A stretch of 64,000 nt of DNA from Mariniphaga sp. Its GTDB lineage: Bacteria; Bacteroidota; Bacteroidia; Bacteroidales; Prolixibacteraceae. Each line of letters begins with the position of its first letter. The stretch's first letter is position 1. Below are positions 9,089-18,220 of this stretch, one piece after another. The translations under genes and the position numbers were made by a program. The stretch spans positions 9,425 to 73,424 of the forward strand of contig JAQVON010000007.1 in assembly GCA_028702595.1 (NCBI GenBank). Direction: 5' to 3'. The notes under the pieces are model-generated. The model worked only from the letters and a program-made list of their open reading frames with translations, was not told where the DNA came from and did not search any database.

Positions 9089-10276
9089 TTATTTGAAATA
9101 CTGATTGGCAAAATGGATAAACTGCTGCCAGTCGTAGGGTGTCATATTGTGTTTCCCTTCCCGGTTGTGAAATCCCATGGGTAACCGTACCAACTGGTGA
9201 TTCACATCAGGCATGTTATGGGGCAGGCCGGGTAGATAACCATATAGTTCATAAACAGGTTGTGCTTCTTTTAGCGCGATGTACTGGCCTTTGGGGTCGG
9301 CCCACAAATCTTCTATGGCTCCGGCCACGTACACTGCCCGTGGAGCCATCAATGCCAGGAGCATGTGCTGGTCAACCGGGAGGTACTCCTCATGGTTGGC
9401 ATACTGTCTGTAATTTGGACAAAACCAGTAGGGAAATGTTGTGGTGATCACTTCAACAGTTTCCCCGAAATTTCTGCGTGACAGAGCAGCCCCTGAGTTG
9501 CCCGACTCATTGGAGATGGCAATCGCCACACGTTGATCCTGCGCTCCACACCACAGTGCGGCTTTCCCTCCCCGGGAATGTCCCACTACAACGATTTTTT
9601 TTGCATCCACCAACCTCTCCTTTTCAAAGTAATCGATGGCCCGGCTGGCCCCCCAACCCCATGCTCCCAAAGCAGCCATACCGTTGTTCATGACCATCTG
9701 CTCAGGATAAAGCTTTTGCAGAATTCCATTCGTGAACGCCTTCTTATCGTCGGGAGCCACATCCTTAACATCGAATCCGGCAATCCCATATCCCGCTTCA
9801 ATGACTTCCTCTGCAGGCCAGAAACCATCCTGGTTCTGACGGGTCACATCCATGGTCTTTACCCCCCGGTGGTTGATGACCAGGAAGACAGGAACCGGTT
9901 TTTTTACCTGATTGGGAGTGAACAGAATGAGGTTGATGGTTACCTCTTGCCGGTTCCGGCTTACTGTAATGGCAACTTCCTTGAGTGTGGCTTTTCCGTT
10001 CATGGCTTTTTTGTCCTGATTCATCTTTTTGAAACGGATTTTGTCGAAATCTTTGGGTACCTGTCCATATACATGATCTTCAAATAGTTTCAGGATTTCC
10101 GGTCGACCAATTGTCTCCCAATCATGGGTTGAAGAAACAGGATACCCGCTCTCCGTTTTTAAGAGCTCGGGCAATGTGTACGTTCCGACTTTCCCCTCAT
10201 CGTAATTCTGTGCAGCGAGGGAGTGCAGGATGAAAAGAAAAACCAATAAACTGTTGATGCTTTTTGTATAATTCAT
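9089..10276 (-). CDS. Alpha/beta hydrolase, CE15 glucuronoyl-esterase-like
   Basis: 395 aa with a signal peptide (LLVFLFILHSLAAQ). The nucleophile region VVGHSRGGKAALWCGAQDQRVAIAISNESGNSGAALSRR matches the bacterial CE15 GHSRxGK pattern as I remember it. Confidence 0.6.
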   Translation of the reverse strand: MNYTKSINSLLVFLFILHSLAAQNYDEGKVGTYTLPELLKTESGYPVSSTHDWETIGRPEILKLFEDHVYGQVPKDFDKIRFKKMNQDKKAMNGKATLKEVAITVSRNRQEVTINLILFTPNQVKKPVPVFLVINHRGVKTMDVTRQNQDGFWPAEEVIEAGYGIAGFDVKDVAPDDKKAFTNGILQKLYPEQMVMNNGMAALGAWGWGASRAIDYFEKERLVDAKKIVVVGHSRGGKAALWCGAQDQRVAIAISNESGNSGAALSRRNFGETVEVITTTFPYWFCPNYRQYANHEEYLPVDQHMLLALMAPRAVYVAGAIEDLWADPKGQYIALKEAQPVYELYGYLPGLPHNMPDVNHQLVRLPMGFHNREGKHNMTPYDWQQFIHFANQYFK

Positions 10277-10660
10277 TTTTATGCTGTTTTTATTTATCTG
10301 TTTTATTGAGTAACTCCAGCCAAAAATAGTATTTTACTTAAAATTGATTTGTTTTATATTCAAAATTTAATTAGGCAGTCCTGAATATTAGAGCCTGAAT
10401 GATCATCTCCCGTTCGTTGTGCCGGTTTTTGTAACCCTGTTTGAAGGGTGTCACGAATGGGGTAGGCCAGTTTAGGACACAAAAAATCAGGATTAAAATC
10501 AATGACGATCTTGAAGAAAATTACGAATTACGAGAGGGCATCTGCGAATTAAGAGAAGGATGATACCTTGATCTTTGCCTTTGCGTAGTAGTGATGAAAA
10601 ATTTCTTCATGGTGATTTTTTTCTTTGTGGTTAAAGTAAACAAATTAAATGACATAAAAT

Positions 10661-11707
10661 TTACAGCACGATTGTTTTTCTTTCGCGGTTACTGACCAGG
10701 CAGGTTTCCAGAATTTCCAGCACACCTAACACTTCTTCACGTTTTATGAATGGTTCGGCACCGTTTCTGATCCGGTTAAACACATGATCGTAGAAGAGGT
10801 TATAATTCCCGGGTATGGTTTCCACAACACTTTCCACTTGTAATCCTTCCTTTTCGAAGGAAAGGATCCCCCATTTATTTTCAGGTTCCCTGCCCCAGTT
10901 GGGCCCAACGGGCAACATGCCGGTTTTTAGTAATTCTTCCTGCGGGTCGATGCCCCACTTTTGGAACGTCCCCGATGTTCCGTGAATAGTGAAACGGGGT
11001 CCTGGTTTTTTTACCAGATAAGAGCATTTGACTATCGCAGAAAATTTTTCATAATCGAGTCTGATGTCATAGTAGTCGTTTACTATTCCTCCGGTTCTGA
11101 CAATCCTGAGATGTGCTGTAACTGCTTTCGGTCTGCCAAATAACAGGTACACCTGGTCGATGGTATGTGAACCGATGTTGTACAGTACCCCTGTATACTC
11201 ATCACCTTCCTCTTTCCAGGTATCGGGAGTAATGTAGTTTCGATAGCGGTCGAAATGGGACTCCATTTCAATAATACGTCCCAAATAATTTTGTTCGAGT
11301 ATCTTTTTGACTGTTAAAAAATCATTGTCCCAGCGACGGTTTTGAAAAACAGTGAGGGTAAGTCCTTTTTTTTCTGCCAAGTTGAAAAGTTCTTCAGCTT
11401 CAGCTCGTTTTTGTGCTGCCGGCTTTTCGAGTACTACATGTTTCCCTGCTTCGAGTGCCTGACGGGCCATTTCATAATGCAGGTTGTCGGGCGTATTCAC
11501 AACAATCAGCTCTGTATCCGGCAATCCTAACAATTCAGCATAATTCCGATGAATTGTTGCCTCAGGAAATAGTCGCCTGGACAGGCTTTTGTGTCGCTCC
11601 AACACTGCAGTCACTTCAAATCCGGAGTTTCCTTTCAGTAATGGGCCGTGAAAAACTTGTCCCGACATACCGTATGAAGCCAGTGCTGTTTTGATTATTT
11701 TCGTCAT
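10661..11707 (-). CDS. Gfo/Idh/MocA family oxidoreductase (cytoplasmic)
   Basis: 348 aa with no signal peptide. It has the N-terminal Rossmann region (ALASYGMSGQVFHGP) and the EKP motif (VVLEKPAA). Confidence 0.85.
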   Translation of the reverse strand: MTKIIKTALASYGMSGQVFHGPLLKGNSGFEVTAVLERHKSLSRRLFPEATIHRNYAELLGLPDTELIVVNTPDNLHYEMARQALEAGKHVVLEKPAAQKRAEAEELFNLAEKKGLTLTVFQNRRWDNDFLTVKKILEQNYLGRIIEMESHFDRYRNYITPDTWKEEGDEYTGVLYNIGSHTIDQVYLLFGRPKAVTAHLRIVRTGGIVNDYYDIRLDYEKFSAIVKCSYLVKKPGPRFTIHGTSGTFQKWGIDPQEELLKTGMLPVGPNWGREPENKWGILSFEKEGLQVESVVETIPGNYNLFYDHVFNRIRNGAEPFIKREEVLGVLEILETCLVSNRERKTIVL

Positions 11708-11869
11708 AATGTTATAATTATTAATGGTTTAATCTGTAATGGTGCCAAAAACTTGTTGCATAACATTTCCAATTTTACCTATTTTACAACATGATTTGCT
11801 CCATCTACAAAAATTTGATTGTACCTTCGAATGCCTAAAAGTATAAACAGGTTTTATTAATTCCAAACT

Positions 11870-12592
11870 ATGGAAAAGTATATTAACAGTTTCATGAAAA
11901 GGATTACCTCCTGTGATCTTGAAACCGGTGATTTTCCCGGCCCGGTTATCACGATTTCCAGGCAGTCGGGCTGCTCAGCCCAGCGCATTGCGATTAAGTT
12001 GTCAAAAATTCTTACAGGCTACAGCTATATGTCGGAAACCAAAACCGACCTGGAGTGGAAATGGGTTGATAAGAATATTTTTGAATCCGTTGTTTTAGAT
12101 ATGATAGAGGAGATAAAAACGGGTGATTATGATGATATTGAGGAGGCCGAAGTGAAGTTAAAGGAGGTTGCTCGTGCCTTTTCAAATGAAACCCTTTACG
12201 ATATTTCCGATCGTTTTTTAATCAATGTTTTTAAAGGGGTGATTGTCAGGTTGGCATGCAAGGGACGCACCATCATTGTTGGCCGTTCTGCCGGGGTTAT
12301 CCTGAAAGAAATACCCAATACGCTGAATATCCGACTTGAGGCTCCGCTGGAATGGCGTATTAACCGCACCATGCAACTCAAGGACTTAAGTCAGGCAGAA
12401 GCTGTTGCATATGTTAATGAAATGGATGAAAAGAGGGATTCATTTATTGAAAAAGTAATCGGGAGAAAAGCCAACAACGAGGATTTTGACGTGATTTTCA
12501 ACTATGCTTCCCTGCAGGATGGTGAGATCATCGATGCCATTTTAAATATTCTTCGAAATAAAAAGATCATTTCACTGTATGAAGATTTTTAA
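11870..12592 (+). CDS. Cytidylate kinase-like family (AAA/P-loop-like) protein
   Basis: 240 aa. VITISRQSGCSAQRIAIKLSKIL resembles the ITISRexGSGG start of the cytidylate_kin2 family. It is the lone plus-strand gene among minus-strand CAZyme genes. Confidence 0.55.
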   Translation: MEKYINSFMKRITSCDLETGDFPGPVITISRQSGCSAQRIAIKLSKILTGYSYMSETKTDLEWKWVDKNIFESVVLDMIEEIKTGDYDDIEEAEVKLKEVARAFSNETLYDISDRFLINVFKGVIVRLACKGRTIIVGRSAGVILKEIPNTLNIRLEAPLEWRINRTMQLKDLSQAEAVAYVNEMDEKRDSFIEKVIGRKANNEDFDVIFNYASLQDGEIIDAILNILRNKKIISLYEDF

Positions 12593-12756
12593 TCTTCATG
12601 GCCTTACTAACCTTTTTCATCCGCCCAAATTTCCTGAATTGCCATCAACGTCGCCAGGTAATTCTCTCTCGGATTTTTTGCCTGAATGATAAAGACTACT
12701 GAGTCAGCTGGTTTATTTATATACAGTTGAATATTCCCGTCGGTATGAAGGATGGG

Positions 12757-15198
12757 TTATTCCCCCTCTTTCTCCAGCAGTTTTACAATCTCTTTGTGTC
12801 CGTTATCCTTTGCCCGTTGCAAAGCGCTGAATCCATCACTGTCCAGGTAGTTGACATCGGCTCCCTGGTCGAGCAGTTCTTTTACTTTTTGAATATTACC
12901 TTCCCATGCAGCTTTCAGAAGCTCCGGGCCATATTTCAGGTTGTCGGTGTTTTCGGCAGAGGATGCATCTGTCACCTGATTCTCCCCGGGCATCTCCTTG
13001 TTTTTGAGGATGAAGCTGAGCCTTTGCTGACCGGATTTTTGTGCCAGTGATTCCGGTGTATTCCCGCTGTTATCTTTGAGGGATAGGTCAGCACCTGCTT
13101 TTACCATGGCCAGGGTTATTGTTGGGTATCCCATTTCAACAGCCAGGTGGAGTGGTGTTTTTCCATTTTTGTCAACAGCATTTGTTGCTGCACCTTTATC
13201 TATTAGAAGATTTACCACATCGGCACTGACTGAAGGAACTCCTGAATAGCGCAAATAACCCTGAAGGCAGGCCAGGTGAAGGGCTGTTCTCCCATTTTTA
13301 TCTTTGGCTTCCAGGTCGATCCCCGCTTTTATCAGGTCTTCTATCCGCTGTAACGAATGACGGGCATCCTGTCGCCAGCCTGTGTAGGCGTTAATCACAG
13401 CAGCATGAAGAGGTGTCAGCCTGTCGTTGGAGACAGCTGAAAGGTCAGGCCTGGCATTCATCACTAACCGGAAAATATCGTATTTGGTCATTTCTTCCAC
13501 CTTGTTGGGTTTATTCACATTATCACCAAAAGTGGATGCAGCCATATGCAGGGGTGTGTATCCGTCGTTGGCTTTGGCGTTGATGTCGGCCCCGGATTCA
13601 ATGAGGTATTTTACCGCATCGCCATCGCCGTTCATGATGGATAAGTGGAGCCATGTCCACCCGTTGTGCAGCGTTGTTTGGATTAATTCCTGCCGGTCGA
13701 TCTGTTTCATGTCAGGCAGCCTGCTGATATTCCCCCCGTCGGGTTTTGGCTGGAAAGCAATTTCTCGGGGGAATGGATCGCTGTTTCCCCAACTTCCTTC
13801 TTCTGCACCCTCCGGAATCTTCCAGGCTTCCGGAAGCTCCGGTCTGTTTTCGCCTGTTTTTAGCTTGCGATGAGTACCGTTGAGCGTGATTATACCTTTG
13901 GAGGGTATCGTGAGCTTTTCTCCAGGTTTGAGTTTGCCCTCTGCAACAAATTGTTCCGATTGATCCGACCGGTATATATCCAACGTTGTAAAATTATTCA
14001 GGTCGGTTTCAACCGGAGCATCACTGTTGTTTATCAGAACCAGGGTCAGAGTTCCGTCATAAGGATCATGAAAGGCCGAGACTGACAAGCCCGGGTGTTT
14101 GGTGTTTGCCTCCACCCGAAAAGCCCCGGGCCTGATGTACCTGTAGAAATGTTTGGATGCATAATATTTGTTGCCGGGTTTTCCATTGACCATGATGGAA
14201 TATTTGCCGTCGCCACCTCCCGATAATTGCCAGTAGATCCATGCGCTGAAATTTCCGTAAACCAGGTAGTCCTGAATGTCATTGGCTAACTTGAGCGCTC
14301 CCTCCCAGGTCTGGTCGTGCCCGGATGTTTCAGTCATCCAGTTCTGGCGGTTGTATTTTTCGGTTTCCGAAACCCATCGTTGCAACTCTTCTCTTCCGCC
14401 ATGACGGTGCGTGGAGAAGTGACCGTTGAAATTTCCCGTTTCAGGATCGTCCATGACAGGCTGAATATAGTAAAGCATCCGGTCGAAGTACATCATATCC
14501 TCGGGCATCAATATTTTTGTCGTGATACCTTCCTTCTCAAATTTATGCATCACAGCCCTGACAGCCTCTTTCAGTACCCAGGGCTGGTATACACCCGACC
14601 TGTAAAATTGAGCAAAAAGAAGTTCATTCTGAATACTTACCCAGTTTAGATCAATCCCGTAATTCTTTTTTGCCAGAATGATTTGAGCAGCCAGGTATTC
14701 AGCAAATTCATCGACCATGTCGGCCCGGAGATAACCTCCCTGAACAGGTGAACGGTTTGTTTTTAAAAAGTCGGGGGGTGACCAGGGAGTACCCATGAAT
14801 CTTTTCACTCCCTGCTTTTTAAACTCATTCATCAGGTTCATGGATGTTTCGATCCCCTTGTTGCCGATATTATCCTTCAGCCAGAATCCGTTCCAGTTAA
14901 AATGATTGGGATCATCATCGTCGTTGATCCATTCAGTATGCTCTTGTAAGGGCACCCGCACAATGCTTAATCCCAGGTCATTGACCACCCGGTCAAAAAA
15001 GCCGGGATCAGCATATTCAGGTGGAAAATCCCGATAATTTACAATACAGGAACCAAACCCTTCAATGACCTGGTAACGGCTATTCATGTGGATGGTTACC
15101 CCCGCTTCGGAATTGGCTTGTTCCGTGCCACATCTTAAAAAAGTTAAACTTGTTGAAAAGAAAAAAATAAAAAGTACCAGATGATTCAGTTTTTTCAT
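12757..15198 (-). CDS. GH30-like glycoside hydrolase fused to C-terminal ankyrin-repeat array, with N-terminal signal peptide
   Basis: 813 aa with signal MKKLNHLVLFIFFFSTSLTFLRC. The GH30-type TIM barrel shows VIEGFGSCIV, GTPWSPPDFLKTN, WVSIQNE (acid/base) and WMTETSG (nucleophile), followed by a beta-sandwich. From about residue 505 there are ~6-7 ANK repeats (GWTWLHLSIMNGDGDAVKYLIESGADINAKANDGYTPLHMAA, GRTALHLACLQG, GKTPLHLAVEMG, DGFSALQRAKDNGHKEIVKLL). Confidence 0.8.
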   Translation of the reverse strand: MKKLNHLVLFIFFFSTSLTFLRCGTEQANSEAGVTIHMNSRYQVIEGFGSCIVNYRDFPPEYADPGFFDRVVNDLGLSIVRVPLQEHTEWINDDDDPNHFNWNGFWLKDNIGNKGIETSMNLMNEFKKQGVKRFMGTPWSPPDFLKTNRSPVQGGYLRADMVDEFAEYLAAQIILAKKNYGIDLNWVSIQNELLFAQFYRSGVYQPWVLKEAVRAVMHKFEKEGITTKILMPEDMMYFDRMLYYIQPVMDDPETGNFNGHFSTHRHGGREELQRWVSETEKYNRQNWMTETSGHDQTWEGALKLANDIQDYLVYGNFSAWIYWQLSGGGDGKYSIMVNGKPGNKYYASKHFYRYIRPGAFRVEANTKHPGLSVSAFHDPYDGTLTLVLINNSDAPVETDLNNFTTLDIYRSDQSEQFVAEGKLKPGEKLTIPSKGIITLNGTHRKLKTGENRPELPEAWKIPEGAEEGSWGNSDPFPREIAFQPKPDGGNISRLPDMKQIDRQELIQTTLHNGWTWLHLSIMNGDGDAVKYLIESGADINAKANDGYTPLHMAASTFGDNVNKPNKVEEMTKYDIFRLVMNARPDLSAVSNDRLTPLHAAVINAYTGWRQDARHSLQRIEDLIKAGIDLEAKDKNGRTALHLACLQGYLRYSGVPSVSADVVNLLIDKGAATNAVDKNGKTPLHLAVEMGYPTITLAMVKAGADLSLKDNSGNTPESLAQKSGQQRLSFILKNKEMPGENQVTDASSAENTDNLKYGPELLKAAWEGNIQKVKELLDQGADVNYLDSDGFSALQRAKDNGHKEIVKLLEKEGE

Positions 15199-15426
15199 AA
15201 CATGGAATGAATAGGTTTATTCTACTTGATTTAATAATCTTGGTTGATACTGTTGCATTAAATAACTGCTGCAAGATTCTGTTGTCTTTATGAGCCAAAA
15301 ATAGAAAAATATCGGGAATTCAGAAATATACTCCGGAGAAGCTTGTGTCCACTCTTTCTTTTCGTTCATGGTTTATTTTCTCACAAAGCCACGATGGTAC
15401 AAAGAGAATCATCAATCGAGCAATCT

Positions 15427-16461
15427 TTATTTATATAATTTATTGAGTTTTTTCAGCAGTGCTGAATACATTTCCGGGCGTTGTGATTCCAGGGTACTTT
15501 TGGCATAGTCGCGAAAAGCGACGTGGTTTTGCCAGGTTTCGCAGGGATTGTCATAGTTCCATTTCACAGGTCCGTTGAAGTCGCAATGGTAATTGGGTCT
15601 TTCCTCCGCGAAAGGTTGAATGAATTTTCCTGCCCAGCTCCCTTTCTCCGGATCATCCAGATCATTCTCATTGTCAATGACATACAACACCGAAGGTGTA
15701 TCGCCCACCCGAAAATACTGAGCCCATGGAGCGTTTTTTACCACTTCTTTCATATGGGCCCCCAGGGCTCCATAAATTGAAAGTTGGTGAAACATTTCAC
15801 GGGGGCCGTCTCCGGAAAACATGCCTTCGTAAGTCCAGTTGATCTCGAGCCACCACATTTTGGTGAACCGCGGGTCATTGAAAATTTCGTTACGACCGTG
15901 TCCGTTCCAGTTATATTGTTCACATGGTTTTTTCGTTTTCTCCCAACCCGGGGGGATTTCTTTACGGTAGGCTTCCATCATCAGGTCAGTCCCAATGGTG
16001 ATAACCCGGATGTTTTCCGATACTTTGGGATTGCTGCAAAGCGCCTCCCTGAAAAGCTTCATATTTCCCCAGACCAGCACATACAACGGATCGTCTTCCT
16101 GTGTTGCAGCAGCCTGAAAACGCTTCATGGCATCCTCCCGGTTAACGGCAAAAAGCTTATCTATTGCATCGGGATTGGGAAAACCCTTTGTTTTAAAATG
16201 GTAGCGCTGGTAATCTTTCGTATAAGCTTCTGCAGCAAGCTGACAGGCTTCCAGTCCCCGTGCATCCCACCTGTCGGGTACAATTCCTTCAATTTGAAGC
16301 TCATCGGCATACCAGAGCAAATGGATCAGTGACTGCCGGTCATCCGGATCGCCTGCGTCAATGTTTATATCGGTGAATACAAATACCCGGGGACGGGTTT
16401 CACCCTTCATGTAAAAGACACAAAAAGCTGTAAGAAGAATAGTGAAAGTATATGGTTTCAT
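15427..16461 (-). CDS. DUF1593-like / nucleoside-hydrolase-fold secreted protein
   Basis: 344 aa with a signal peptide. RPRVFVFTDINIDAGDPDDRQSLIHLLWYADELQIEGIV resembles the DUF1593 N-terminal signature. The protein is shorter than typical family members. Confidence 0.5.
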   Translation of the reverse strand: MKPYTFTILLTAFCVFYMKGETRPRVFVFTDINIDAGDPDDRQSLIHLLWYADELQIEGIVPDRWDARGLEACQLAAEAYTKDYQRYHFKTKGFPNPDAIDKLFAVNREDAMKRFQAAATQEDDPLYVLVWGNMKLFREALCSNPKVSENIRVITIGTDLMMEAYRKEIPPGWEKTKKPCEQYNWNGHGRNEIFNDPRFTKMWWLEINWTYEGMFSGDGPREMFHQLSIYGALGAHMKEVVKNAPWAQYFRVGDTPSVLYVIDNENDLDDPEKGSWAGKFIQPFAEERPNYHCDFNGPVKWNYDNPCETWQNHVAFRDYAKSTLESQRPEMYSALLKKLNKLYK

Positions 16462-16526
16462 TTTTTCTGATAAGTTTTATTGATACGTATTAACTTCTGT
16501 GTTCATCAGGTAAAAAAGAATCAACA

Positions 16527-18008
16527 TTACTCCCGGGCCGACAGGAAGGGTTTATAAATCCGGATTTCTTTTATTTTCGATTTATACTTTCCTGTTTTTT
16601 TAATTTTCAGGAGATGATTTGTATTTGGAATACCCTGAAACAATACCGGATAATCCGTGCCGGATTTCACGGGCGCTTGATCGGGTGGATAAAAATCCAT
16701 GCCGATGGAGTAGGTTCTCCATTTTACGATATCTCCCGGATGCACTTCTGCTTTTGATACCTTATATGATCTGTTCAGATGCCAGTCGCCGCCATTTTCG
16801 CTGTCGCCTCCTGCAATGATGACCCTGCCTGAGGGAGAGACAAAATCGTGGAGGGAGGTTCCATTACCATCTTTGCCTGTAACAGACCCTTCCACGCTAA
16901 ATTGAAAATCGGTATAGGGAGGAACCACTTTGGAAAATGTTAAGGTCCATTCTTCGTTTAGCCAGGGTACGTGATGTCTGACCCGGATCATTGCCGGAAG
17001 CTGCCATGGCCAGTATCGCCCTGTATCGTTATATGGCCTTGTCATATAGTGAGTTCCAGGGTGAGCTGTTGGTGGTTCCCCGTCAACTGAAATTTCAAGA
17101 GGGCGAATTGTTCCGGATTTTTCGTTTTCAATCACGGCAACTGCCCGGTTCCCGGTAAAGGAAAGTGTCAGAGTCTTTCCTCTGAATGTAAAATCCCTTC
17201 CTTCCCTGTATATCGTACACAACCCAAAAGGATCAGGTGGATGATGTTGTCTGAAAGTAAAAACGGGTTTGATCAGTTCAGCCATGACCAAATTCCCGTC
17301 ATCATTCAGGTGAACTCCATCTTTCAGAAGCTTTGCCGGTTCCAGGTTGTTATCTTTCAGATATTTTTTCCAGGGATCCCGGATGTTTATCAGGTCACAT
17401 TTGTATTTTTCCGCCAATGAAGGGAGCAGGTGATAGGACATCGTGTCACTCCAGTCGTTTTCTTCTGTGTAATGATCATTGGTTATTACTACTTCCGCTG
17501 CAGTGCGACTTCTGATCGTATACAGTACCGAATCGTAACAGGCCACATCACCATAAATGTGCAACAGAACAAGATCAGGGTAAAAAGAACATACGTCCAT
17601 TTCAACAGTTTTGCAAAGAAGCTGGGAAGCAAATCCACCGATTGCCTTATTTTCCATGACAATATTTGCATGGGGATACTGATCTTTTACATATTCCTTT
17701 ATATGAAGCCACCATTCCTGTTCACTGATGGATTGACCATAAACCAGTATTTTTACCTCATTGGGGTTTTGCGGGTCACTGTTTTTCAACAGGTTTAGTG
17801 TTCGGGATGTATACCTGCCAAGGTTTGCAGTATCCAGGAGAACAGGTGGATCAATGAGTTCCGGATTTTTGACAGAGGCCGGGTTGCGGCTGTCGGCCTG
17901 ATCCCTGGGTTCATCACCCCGGATCTCTTTCACCCTATTCCCATGTGCAAAATGATCTGCTGCATAAAGAATGAAGAATGATAGGAGAATTATTTTTAGG
18001 TTATTCAT
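16527..18008 (-). CDS. SGNH/GDSL-type hydrolase with C-terminal beta-rich domain
   Basis: The ORF track gives 16527..18083, but its first 8 codons (MDKFKTVS) are encoded by the MITE end. I start at ATG 18008, which gives signal peptide MNNLKIILLSFFILYAADHFAHG. SGNH blocks are present: ILVYGQSIS, KAIGGF, and KDGVHLNDDG. Confidence 0.65.
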   Translation of the reverse strand: MNNLKIILLSFFILYAADHFAHGNRVKEIRGDEPRDQADSRNPASVKNPELIDPPVLLDTANLGRYTSRTLNLLKNSDPQNPNEVKILVYGQSISEQEWWLHIKEYVKDQYPHANIVMENKAIGGFASQLLCKTVEMDVCSFYPDLVLLHIYGDVACYDSVLYTIRSRTAAEVVITNDHYTEENDWSDTMSYHLLPSLAEKYKCDLINIRDPWKKYLKDNNLEPAKLLKDGVHLNDDGNLVMAELIKPVFTFRQHHPPDPFGLCTIYREGRDFTFRGKTLTLSFTGNRAVAVIENEKSGTIRPLEISVDGEPPTAHPGTHYMTRPYNDTGRYWPWQLPAMIRVRHHVPWLNEEWTLTFSKVVPPYTDFQFSVEGSVTGKDGNGTSLHDFVSPSGRVIIAGGDSENGGDWHLNRSYKVSKAEVHPGDIVKWRTYSIGMDFYPPDQAPVKSGTDYPVLFQGIPNTNHLLKIKKTGKYKSKIKEIRIYKPFLSARE

Positions 18009-18060
18009 GTAATTGTTAAAGGTAGGTTTGTTCCTTCTGACCATGAGCTCTTCAAATTTA

Positions 18061-18220
18061 GAGACTGTTTTAAATTTATCCATTTATTCTATTTTGCGCT
18101 TTTTTCACTCATACTGCTGCAAAATTTCCTTAAATAGCTATGGCTGTTCGCGTCAATTTTGCCTTGTCTGAGCAAAAAACAGATTAAAAAATTTCTAAAA
18201 AACAAAATCAAAACAGTCTC
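18061..18220 (+). mobile_element. MITE-like non-autonomous element, copy 1 (160 bp)
   Basis: It starts GAGACTGTTTT and ends AAAACAGTCTC. It is flanked by TTA (18058-18060) and TTA (18221-18223). It is near-identical to the four other copies. Confidence 0.85.

Noticed and set aside
12593-12756. A minus-strand reading ...RENYLATLMAIQEIWADEKG-stop in the intergenic region looks like a protein C-terminus and might be a gene remnant.
   Set aside because: It is only ~25 codons, has no upstream continuation and has no recognisable family. I cannot support it without a tblastn search.
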